Source: the human T2T-CHM13v2.0 reference genome, Homo sapiens
Assembly: GCF_009914755.1 (NCBI RefSeq)
Contig: NC_060946.1
Length of the DNA: 64,000 nt
Reading direction: 5' to 3' (one strand)
Part shown: positions 52,951-64,000 of the stretch, in pieces
How the letters are laid out: every line of letters begins with the position of its first letter
How positions within the stretch are numbered: position 1 is the stretch's first letter
The notes under the pieces: model-generated
Database searches by the model: none
What the model saw: only the letters and a program-made list of their open reading frames with translations
Told to the model about the DNA's origin: nothing
Made by a program: the position numbers and the translations under genes

Positions 52951-55900
52951 ATGTTCAACTCTGTGACTTGAATGCACACATCACAAAGAAGTTTCTGAGG
53001 ATGCTGCTGTCTACTTTTTATACGTAATCCCGTTTCCAACGAAATCCTCCAAGCTATCCAAACATCCACTTACAGATTCCACAGAAAGACTGTTTCAAAA
53101 CTGCTCCGTCAATAGAAAGGTTCAACTCTGTTAGCTGCGTGCATATATCCCAAAGAAGATTCTGAGATTGCTTCTGTCTAGTTTTTATGGGAAGATATTT
53201 CCCTTTTCACCGTAGGCGTCAAGGCGCTCCAAATGTCCACTTCCAGATACTACAAAAAGAGTGTTTCAAACCTACTCTGTGAAAGCGAATATTCAACTCT
53301 TTGACTTGAATGCACATATCACAAAGAAGTTTCTGAGAATGCTTCTGTCGAGATTTTATATGAAGATATTCCCGTTTCCAACGAAATCCTGAAATCTATC
53401 CAAATATCCCCTCGCAGATTCTACAAAAAGAGTGTTTCAAAACTGCTCTGTAAAAAGAAAGGTTCAACTCTGTTAGTTGAGTACACACATCACAAACAAG
53501 TTTCACAGAATGCTTCTTTCTAGCTTGTAGGGGAAGATATTCCCTTTATCACCATGGGCCTCCAACCGTCCGAAACGTCCACTTCCATATACTACAAAAA
53601 GAGCGTTTCAAACCTGCTCTAGGAAAGGCAATGTTCAACTCTGTGACTTGAATGCAGACATCACAGAGCAGTTTCTGAGAATGCTTCTGTCTAGATTTTA
53701 TAGGAAGATATTCCCGTTTCCAACGAAATCTTCACAGCTATCCAAATATCCACTTGCAGATTCTACAAAAAGAGTGTATCAAAACTGCTCTGTCAAAAGG
53801 AAGGTTCTTCTCTGTTAGGTGAGTGCATACGTCATAAAGGAGTTTCTGAGAATGTTTCTGTCTAGTGGTTATGGGAAGATATTTGCTTTTTCACCGTAGG
53901 CCTCAGAGCGCTCCAAATATCCACTTGCACATACTACAAAAAGAGTGCCTCAAAGCTGCTCTTTGAAACGGAATGTTCAACTCTATGAGTTGAATGCAAA
54001 CATCACAAAGACGTTTCTGAGAATGCTTCTGTCTAGATTTGATATGAAGATATTCCCGTTTCCAACGAAATCTTCAAATCTATCCAAATGTCCACTTGCA
54101 GATTCAACAAAAAGTGTTTTTCAGAACTGCTCTATCAAAAGAAAGATCCACCTCTGTTAGCTGAGTTCACACATCACAAACAAGTTTATGAGAATGCTTC
54201 TGTCTAGTTTTTATTTGAAGATATTTCCTTTCTCACCATAGACCTGAAAGCTGTCCTAATGTTCACTTCCAGATACTACAGAAAGAGTGTTTCAAAACTG
54301 CTGTATGAAAGGGAATGTTCAACTCTGTGACTTGAATGCACACATCACAAAGAAGTTTCTGAGGATGCTGCTGTCTACTTTTTATATGTAATCCCGTTTC
54401 CAACGAAATCCTCCAAGCTATCCAAATATCCACTTGCAGATTCCACAGAAAGACTGTTTCAAAACTGCTCTGTCAATAGAAAGGTTCAACTCTGTTAGCT
54501 GCGTGCATATATCCCAAAGAAGATTCTGAGATTGCTTCTGTCTAGTTTTTATGGGAAGATATTTCCTTTTTCACCGTAGGCGTCAAGGCGCTCCAAATGT
54601 CCACTTCCAGATACTACAAAAAGAGTGTTTCAAACCTACCCTGTGAAAGGGAATATTCAACTCTGTGACTTGAATGCGCATATCACAAAGAAGTTTCTGA
54701 CAATGCTTCTGTCGAGATTTTATATGAAGATATTCCCGTTTCCAACGAAATCCTGAAATCTATCCAAATATCCCCTCGCAGATTCTACAAAAAGAGTGTT
54801 TCAAAACTGCTCTGTAAAAAGAAAGGTTCAACTCTGTTAGTTGAGTACACACATCACAAACAAGTTTCACAGAATGCTTCTTTCTAGCTTGTAGGGGAAG
54901 ATATTCCCTTTATCACCATGGGCCTCCAACCGTCCGAAACATCCACTTCCATATACTACAAAAAGAGCGTTTCAAACCTGCTCTATGAAAGGCAATGTTC
55001 AACTCTGTGACTTGAAAGCAGACATCACAGAGCAGTTTCTGAGAATGCTTCTGTCTAGATTTTATAGGAAGATATTCCCGTTTCCAACGAAATCTTCACA
55101 GCTATCCAAATATCCACTTGCAGATTCTACAAAAAGAGTGTATCAAAACTGCTCTGTCAAAAGGAAGGTTCTTCTCTGTTAGGTGAGTGCATACGTCATA
55201 AAGGAGTTTCTGAGAATGTTTCTGTCTAGTGGTTATGGGAAGATATTTGCTTTTTCACCGTAGGCCTCAGAGCGCTCCAAATATCCCCTTGCACATACTA
55301 CAAAAAGAGTGCCTCAAAGCTGCTCTCTGAAACGGAATGTTCAACTCTATGAGTTGAATGCAAACATCACAAAGACGTTTCTGAGAATGCTTCTGTCTAG
55401 ATTTGATATGAAGATATTCCCGTTTCCAACGAAATCTTCAAATCTATCCAAATGTCCACTTGCAGATTCAACAAAAAGTGTTTTTCAGAACTGCTCTATC
55501 AAAAGAAAGATCCACCTCTGTTAGCTGAGTTCACACATCACAAACAAGTTTATGAGAATGCTTCTGTCTAGTTTTTATTTGAAGATATTTCCTTTCTCAC
55601 CATAGACCTGAAAGCTGTCCTAATGTTCACTTCCAGATACTACAGAAAGAGTGTTTCAAAACTGCTGTACGAAAGGGAATGTTCAACTCTGTGACTTGAA
55701 TGCACACATCACAAAGAAGTTTCTGAGGATGCTGCTGTCTACTTTTTATACGTAATCCCGTTTCCAACGAAATCCTCCAAGCTATCCAAATATCCACTTG
55801 CAGATTCCACAGAAAGACTGTTTCAAAACTGCTCTGTCAATAGAAAGGTTCAACTCTGTTAGCTGCGTGCATATATCCCAAAGAAGATTCTGAGATTGCT

Positions 55901-58900
55901 TCTGTCTAGTTTTTATGGGAAGATATTTCCCTTTTCACCGTAGGCGTCAAGGCGCTCCAAATGTCCACTTCCAGATACTACAAAAAGAGTGTTTCAAACC
56001 TACTCTGTGAAAGGGAATATTCAACTCTGTGACTTGAATGCACATATCACAAAGAAGTTTCTGAGAATGCTTCTGTCGAGATTTTATATGAAGATATTCC
56101 CGTTTCCAACGAAATCCTGAAATCTATCCAAATATCCCCTCGCAGATTCTACAAAATGAGTGTTTCAAAACTGCTCTGTAAAAAGAAAGGTTCAACTCTG
56201 TTACTTGAGTACACACATCACAAACAAGTTTCACAGAATGCTTCTTTCTAGCTTGTAGGGGAAGATATTCCCTTTATCACCATGGTCCTCAAACCGTCCG
56301 AAACGTCCACTTCCATATACTACAAAAAGAGCGTTTCAAACCTGCTCTAGGAAAGGCAATGTTCAACTCTGTGACTTGAATGCAGACATCACAGAGCAGT
56401 TTCTGAGAATGCTTCTGTCTAGATTTTATAGGAAGATATTCCCGTTTCCAACGAAATCTTCACAGCTATCCAAATATCCACTTGCAGATTCTACAAAAAG
56501 AGTGTATCCAAACTGCTCTGTCAAAAGGAAGGTTCTTCTCTGTTAGGTGAGTGCATACGTCATAAAGGAGTTTCTGAGAATGTTTCTGTCTAGTGGTTAT
56601 GGGAAGATATTTGCTTTTTCACCGTAGGCCTCAGAGCGCTCCAAATATCCACTTGCACATACTACAAAAAGAGTGCCTCAAAGCTGCTCTCTGAAACGGA
56701 ATGTTCAACTCTATGAGTTGAATGCAAACATCACAAAGACGTTTCTGAGAATGCTTCTGTCTAGATTTGATATGAAGATATTCCCGTTTCCAACGAAATC
56801 TTCAAATCTATCCAAATGTCCACTTGCAGATTCAACAAAAAGTGTTTTTCAGAACTGCTCTATCAAAAGAAAGATCCACCTCTGTTAGCTGAGTTCACAC
56901 ATCACAAACAAGTTTATGAGAATGCTTCTGTCTAGTTTTTATTTGAAGATATTTCCTTTCTCACCATAGACCTGAAAGCTGTCCTAATGTTCACTTCCAG
57001 ATACTACAGAAAGAGTGTTTCAAAACTGCTGTATGAAAGGGAATGTTCAACTCTGTGACTTGAATGCACACATCACAAAGAAGTTTCTGAGGATGCTGCT
57101 GTCTACTTTTTATATGTAATCCCGTTTCCAACGAAATCCTCCAAGCTATCCAAATATCCACTTGCAGATTCCACAGAAAGACTGTTTCAAAACTGCTCTG
57201 TCAATAGAAAGGTTCAACTCTGTTAGCTGCGTGCATATATCCCAAAGAAGATTCTGAGATTGCTTCTGTCTAGTTTTTATGGGAAGATATTTCCCTTTTC
57301 ACCGTAGGCGTCAAGGCGCTCCAAATGTCCACTTCCAGATACTACAAAAAGAGTGTTTCAAACCTGCTCTGTGAAAGGGAATATTCAACTCTGTGACTTG
57401 AATGCACATATCACAAAGAAGTTTCTGATAATGCTTCTGTCGAGATTTTATATGAAGATATTCCCGTTTCCAACGAAATCCTGAAATCTATCCAAATATC
57501 CCCTCGCAGATTCTACAAAAAGAGTGTTTCAAAACTGCTCTGTAAAAAGAAAGGTTCAACTCTGTTAGTTGAGTACACACATCACAAACAAGCTTCACAG
57601 AATGCTTCTTTCTAGCTTGTAGGGGAAGATATTCCCTTTATCACCATGGGCCTCCAACCGTCCGAAACATCCACTTCCATATACTACAAAAAGAGCGTTT
57701 CAAACCTGCTCTAGGAAAGGCAATGTTCAACTCTGTGACTTGAATGCAGACATCACAGAGCAGTTTCTGAGAATGCTTCTGTCTAGATTTTATAGGAAGA
57801 TATTCCCGTTTCCAACGAAATCTTCACAGCTATCCAAATATCCACTTGCAGATCCTACAAAAAGAGTGTATCAAAACTGCTCTGTCAAAAGGAAGGTTCT
57901 TCTCTGTTAGGTGAGTGCATACGTCATAAAGGAGTTTCTGAGAATGTTTCTGTCTAGTGGTTATGGGAAGATATTTGCTTTTTCACCGTAGGCCTCAGAG
58001 CGCTCCAAATATCCACTTGCACATACTACAAAAAGAGTGCCTCAAAGCTGCTCTTTGAAACGGAATGTTCAACTCTATGAGTTGAATGCAAACATCACAA
58101 AGACGTTTCTGATAATGCTTCTGTCTAGATTTGATATGAAGATATTCCCGTTTCCAACGAAATCTTCAAATCTATCCAAATGTCCACTTCTATAATCAAC
58201 AAAAAGTGTTTTTCAGAACTGCTCTATCAAAAGAAAGATCCACCTCTGTTAGCTGAGTTCACACATCACAAACAAGTTTATGAGAATGCTTCTGTCTAGT
58301 TTTTATTTGAAGATATTTCCTTTCTCACCATAGACCTGAAAGCTGTCCTAATGTTCACTTCCAGATACTACAGAAAGAGTGTTTCAAAACTGCTGTACGA
58401 AAGGGAATGTTCAACTCTGTGACTTGAATGCACACATCACAAAGAAGTTTCTGAGGATGCTGCTGTCTACTTTTTATACGTAATCCTGTTTCCAACGAAA
58501 TCCTCCAAGCTATCCAAATATCCACTTGCAGATTCCACAGAAAGAATGTTTCAAAACTGCTCTGTCAATAGAAAGGTTCAACTCAGTTAGCTGCGTGCAT
58601 ATATCCCAAAGAAGATTCTGAGATTGCTTCTGTCTAGTTTTTATGGGAAGATATTTCCCTTTTCACCGTAGGCGTCAAGGCGCTCCAAATGTCCACTTCC
58701 AGATACTACAAAAAGAGTGTTTCAAACCTAATCTGTGAAAGGGAATATTCAACTCTGTAACTTGAATGCACATATCACAAAGAAGTTTCTGAGAATGCTT
58801 CTGTCGAGATTTTATGTGAAGATATTCCCGTTTCCAACGAAATCCTGAAATCTATCCAAATATCCCCTCGCAGATTCTACAAAAAGAGTGTTTCAAAACT

Positions 58901-60232
58901 GCTCTGTAAAAAGAAAGGTTCAACTCTGTTAGTTGAGTACACACATCACAAACAAGTTTCACAGAATGCTTCTTTCTAGCTTGTAGGGGAAGATATTCCC
59001 TTCATCACCATGGGCCTCAAACCGTCCGAAACGTCCACTTCCATATACTACAAAAAGAGCGTTTCAAACCTGCTCTATGAAAGGCAATGTTCAACTCTGT
59101 GACTTGAATGCAGACATCACAGAGCAGTTTCTGAGAATGCTTCTGTCTAGATTTTATAGGAAGATATTCCCGTTTCCAACGAAATCTTCACAGCTATCCA
59201 AATATCCACTTGCAGATTCTACAAAAAGAGTGTATCAAAACTGCTCTGTCAAAAGGAAGGTTCTTCTCTGTTAGGTGAGTGCATACGTCATAAAGGAGTT
59301 TCTGAGAATGTTTCTGTCTAGTGGTTATGGGAAGATATTTGCTTTTTCACCGTAGGCCTCAGAGCGCTCCAAATGTCCACTTGCATATACTACAAAAAGA
59401 GTGCTTCAAAGCTGCTCTCTGAAACGGAATGTTCAACTCTATGAGTTGAATGCAAACATCACAAAGACGTTTCTGAGAATGCTTCTGTCTAGATTTGATA
59501 TGAAGATATTCCCGTTTCCAACGAAATCTTCAAATCTATCCAAATGTCCACTTGCAGATTCAACAAAATGTGTTTTTCAGAACTGCTCTATCAAAAGAAA
59601 GATCCACCTCTGTTAGCTGAGTTCACACATCACAAACAAGTTTATGAGAATGCTTCTGTCTAGTTTTTATTTGAAGATATTTCCTTTCTCACCATAGACC
59701 TGAAAGCTGTCCTAATGTTCACTTCCAGATACTACAGAAAGAGTGTTTCAAAACTGCTGTACGAAAGGGAATGTTCAACTCTGTGACTTGAATGCACACA
59801 TCACAAAGAAGTTTCTGAGGATGCTGCTGTCTACTTTTTATACGTAATCCCGTTTCCAACGAAATCCTCCAAGCTATCCAAATATCCACTTGCAGATTCC
59901 ACAGAAAGACTGTTTCAAAACTGCTCTGTCTATAGAAAGGTTCAACTCTGTTAGCTGCGTGCATATATCCCAAAGACGATTCTGAGATTGCTTCTGTCTA
60001 GTTTTTATGGGAAGATATTTCCCTTTTCACCGTAGGCGTCAAGGCGCTCCAAATGTCCACTTCCAGATGCTACAAAAAGAGTGTTTCAAACCTACTCTGT
60101 GAAAGGGAATATTCAACTCTGTGACTTGAATGCAGATATCACAAAGAAGTTTCTGAGAATGCTTCTGTCGAGATTTTATATGAAGATATTCCCGTTTCCA
60201 ACGAAATCCTGAAATCTATCCAAATATCCCCT

Positions 60233-61130
60233 TGCAGATTCTACAAAAAGAGTGTTTCAAAACTGCTCTGTAAAAAGAAAGGTTCAACTCTGTTAGTTGA
60301 GTACACACATCACAGCAAGTTTCACAGAATGCTTCTTTCTAGCTTGTAGGGGAAGATATTTCCTTTATCACCATGGGCCTCAAACCATCCGAAACGTCCA
60401 CTTCCATATACTAAAAAAAGAGTGTTTGAAACCTGCTCTATGAAAGGCAATGTTCAACTCTGTGACTTGAATGCAGACATCACAGAGCAGTTTCTGAGAA
60501 TGCTTCTGTCCAGACTTTATAGGAAGATATTCCCGTTTCCAACGAAATCTTCACAGCTATCCAAATATCCACTTGCAGTTACTACAAAAAGAATGTATCA
60601 AAAATGCTCTGTCAAAAGGAAAGTTCTTCTCTGCTAGTTGAGTACATACGTCATAAAGAAGTTTCTGAGAATGTTTCTGTCTAGTGGTTATGGGAAGATA
60701 TTTGCTTTTTCACCGTAGGCCTCAGAGCGCTCCAAATGTCCACTTGCACATGCTACAAAAAGAGTGCTTCAAAGCTGCTCTCTGAAAGGGAATGTTCAAC
60801 TCTATGAGTTGAATGTAAACATCACAAAGACGTTTCTGAGAATGCGTCTGTGTAGATTTGATATGAAGATATTCCCGTTTCCAACGAAATCTTCAAATCT
60901 ATCCAAATGTCCACTTGCAGATTCAACAAAAAGTGTTTTTCAAAACTGCTGTATCAAAAGAAAGATCCACGTCTGTTAGCTGAGTTCACACATCACAAAT
61001 AAGTTTATGAGAATGCTTCTGTCTAGTTTTTATTTGAAGATATTTCCTTTCTCACCATAGACCTGAAAGCTGTCGTAATGTTTACTTCCAGATACTACAG
61101 AAAGAGTGTTTCAAAACTGCTGTACGAAAC
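60233..61130. repeat. Divergent HOR segment, copy 2 (1-bp deletion at ~60314)
   Basis: Same diagnostic variants at offset 28,643. Spacing 1363 (ORF starts 59401 and 60764). Confidence 0.92.
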
Positions 61131-62959
61131 GGAATGTTCAACTCTGTGACTTGAATGCACACATCACAAAGAAGTTTCTGAGGATGCTGCTGTCTACTTT
61201 TTATACGTAATCCCGTTTCCAACGAAATCCTCCAAGCTATCCAAATATCCACTTGTAGATTCCACAGAAAGACTGTTTCAAAACTGCTCTGTCAATAGAA
61301 AGGTTCAACTCTGTTAGCTGCGTGCATATATCCCAAAGAAGATTCTGAGATTGCTTCTGTCTAGTTTTTATGGGAAGATATTTCCCTTTTCACCGTAGGT
61401 GTCAAGGCGCTCCAAATGTCCACTTCCAGATACTACAAAAAGAGTGTTTCAAACCTACTCTGTGAAAGGGAATATTCAACTCTGTGACTTTAATGCACAT
61501 ATCACAAAGAAGTTTCTGAGAATGCTTCTGTCGAGATTTTATATGAAGATATTCCCGTTTCCAACGAAATCCTGAAATCTATCCAAATATCCCCTCGCAG
61601 ATTCTACAAAAAGAGTGTTTCAAAACTGTTCTGTAAAAAGAAAGGTTCAACTCTGTTAGTTGAGTACACACATCACAAACAAGTATCACAGAATGCTTCT
61701 TTCTAGCTTGTAGGGGAAGATATTCCCTTTATCACCATGGGCCTCAAACCGTCCGAAACGTCCACTTCCATATACTTCAAAAAGAGCGTTTCAAACCTGC
61801 TCTATGAAAGGCAATGTTCAACTCTGTGACTTGAATGCAGACATCACAGAGCTGTTTCTGAGAATGCTTCTGTCTAGATTTTATAGGAAGATATTCCCGT
61901 TTCCAACGAAATCTTCACAGCTATCCAAATATCCACTTGCAGATTCTACAAAAAGAGTGTATCCAAACTGCTCTGTCAAAAGGAAGGTTCTTCTCTGTTA
62001 GGTGAGTGCATACGTCATAAAGGAGTTTCTGAGAATGTTTCTGTCTAGTGGTTATGGGAAGATATTTGCTTTTTCACCGTAGGCCTCAGAGCGCTCCAAA
62101 TATCCACTTGCACATACTACAAAAAGAGTGCCTCAAAGCTGCTCTCTGAAACGGAATGTTCAACTCTATGAGTTGAATGCAAACATCACAAAGACGTTTC
62201 TGAGAATGCTTCTGTCTAGATTTGATATGAAGATATTCCCGTTTCCAACGAAATCTTCAAATCTATCCAAATGTCCACTTGCAGATTCAACAAAATGTGT
62301 TTTTCAGAACTGCTCTATCAAAAGAAAGATCCACCTCTGTTAGCTGAGTTCACACATCACAAACAAGTTTATGAGAATGCTTCTGTCTAGTTTTTATTTG
62401 AAGATATTTCCTTTCTCACCATAGACCTGAAAGCTGTCCTAATGTTCACTTCCAGATACTACAGAAAGAGTGTTTCAAAACTGCTGTACGAAAGGGAATG
62501 TTCAACTCTGTGACTTGAATGCACACATCACAAAGAAGTTTCTGAGGATGCTGCTGTCTACTTTTTATACGTAATCCCGTTTCCAACGAAATCCTCCAAG
62601 CTATCCAAATATCCACTTGCAGATTCCACAGAAAGACTGTTTCAAAACTGCTCTGTCTATAGAAAGGTTCAACTCTGTTAGCTGCGTGCATATATCCCAA
62701 AGACGATTCTGAGATTGCTTCTGTCTAGTTTTTATGGGAAGATATTTCCCTTTTCACCGTAGGCGTCAAGGCGCTCCAAATGTCCACTTCCAGATGCTAC
62801 AAAAAGAGTGTTTCAAACCTACTCTGTGAAAGGGAATATTCAACTCTGTGACTTGAATGCAGATATCACAAAGAAGTTTCTGAGAATGCTTCTGTCGAGA
62901 TTTTATATGAAGATATTCCCGTTTCCAACGAAATCCTGAAATCTATCCAAATATCCCCT

Positions 62960-63857
62960 TGCAGATTCTACAAAAAGAGTGTTTCAAAACTGCTCTGTAA
63001 AAAGAAAGGTTCAACTCTGTTAGTTGAGTACACACATCACAACAAGTTTCACAGAATGCTTCTTTCTAGCTTGTAGGGGAAGATATTTCCTTTATCACCA
63101 TGGGCCTCAAACCATCCGAAACGTCCACTTCCATATACTAAAAAAAGAGTGTTTGAAACCTGCTCTATGAAAGGCAATGTTCAACTCTGTGACTTGAATG
63201 CAGACATCACAGAGCAGTTTCTGAGAATGCTTCTGTCCAGACTTTATAGGAAGATATTCCCGTTTCCAACGAAACCTTCACAGCTATCCAAATATCCACT
63301 TGCAGATACTACAAAAAGAATGTATCAAAAATGCTCTGTCAAAAGGAAAGTTCTTCTCTGCTAGTTGAGTACATACGTCATAAAGAAGTTTCTGAGAATG
63401 TTTCTGTCTAGTGGTTATGGGAAGATATTTGCTTTTTCACCGTAGGCCTCAGAGCGCTCCAAATGTCCACTTGCACATGCTACAAAAAGAGTGCTTCAAA
63501 GCTGCTCTCTGAAAGGGAATGTTCAACTCTATGAGTTGAATGTAAACATCACAAAGACGTTTCTGAGAATGCTTCTGTCTAGATTTTATATGAAGATATT
63601 CCCGTTTCCAACGAAATCTTCAAATCTATCCCAATGTCCACTTGCAGATTCAACAAAAAGTGTTTTTCACAACTGCTGTATCAAAAGAAAGATCCACGTC
63701 TGTTAGCTGAGTTCACACATCACAAAGAAGTTTATGAGAATGCTTCTGTCTAGTTTTTATTTGAAGATATTTCCTTTCTCACCATAGACCTGAAAGCTGT
63801 CGTAATGTTTACTTCCAGATACTACAGAAAGAGTGTTTCAAAACTGCTGTACGAAAC
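62960..63857. repeat. Divergent HOR segment, copy 3 (1-bp deletion at ~63041)
   Basis: Same diagnostic variants at offset 2727 from copy 2. Spacing 1363 (ORF starts 62128 and 63491). Confidence 0.92.
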
Positions 63858-64000
63858 GGAATGTTCAACTCTGTGACTTGAATGCACACATCACAAAGAA
63901 GTTTCTGAGGATGCTGCTGTCTACTTTTTATACGTAATCCCGTTTCCAACGAAATCCTCCAAGCTATCCAAATATCCACTTGCAGATTCCACAGAAAGAC

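Larger units (their letters stand above)
1..64000 (-). repeat. Centromeric alpha-satellite HOR array: ~171-bp monomers, 8-mer HOR of 1364 bp, ~46.9 copies
   Basis: Alphoid motifs (ttcaactctgtgacttgaatgc, tttctgagaatgcttctgtc) recur about every 171 bp. Near-exact recurrence every 1364 bp (CENP-B box at 175 and 1539; ORF starts 11662 and 13026). Phase is kept to the window end apart from three 1-bp deletions. Confidence 0.99.

Noticed and set aside
750-63706. Recurring 65-, 71- and 84-aa ORFs
   Set aside because: They are translations of alpha-satellite monomers. They appear or vanish with single SNVs (ctatg/ctagg start, gcagat/gcataa stop, tcaat/tctat stop on the minus strand) and show no domain or gene context. 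They are useful only as haplotype markers.
175-63954. Regularly spaced identical 17-bp motif resembling a CRISPR repeat
   Set aside because: The motif is the CENP-B box. The intervening ~325 bp are themselves repeated rather than unique spacers, and there are no cas genes.
1-64000. L1/Alu insertion, inversion or HOR structural variant
   Set aside because: The 1364-bp phase is conserved end to end apart from three 1-bp deletions, leaving no room for insertions or monomer loss. All boxes are on the same strand.
1-64000. A previously undescribed gene-based biological system
   Set aside because: Everything I could read is accounted for by a known satellite class. Any novelty is limited to the internal variant architecture reported above.

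Overview
The whole 64 kb window is one uninterrupted primate (most likely human) centromeric alpha-satellite array. It holds about 46.9 head-to-tail copies of a 1364-bp, 8-monomer higher-order repeat (HOR), in reverse complement to the conventional alphoid orientation. CENP-B boxes sit in every second monomer (4 per HOR), alternating with pJalpha-type monomers. The dimeric layout, 8-mer length and monomer sequences fit the suprachromosomal family 2 array of chromosomes 14/22 (D14Z9/D22Z1); this assignment is from recall, not a database search. I found no genes, transposon insertions, inversions or monomer-number variants, and all listed ORFs are by-products of the repeat. I did not find a new gene-based system. 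The real information is in the variants between HOR copies: an alternation of two HOR types (a 16-mer super-period), tandem duplications of 2 and 4 HORs, a long-range relationship at an offset of 21 HORs (28,643 bp), three copies of a divergent HOR segment with a 1-bp deletion, nested partial copies of its flank, and seven mutated CENP-B boxes. All variant calls were made by eye and may be incomplete.
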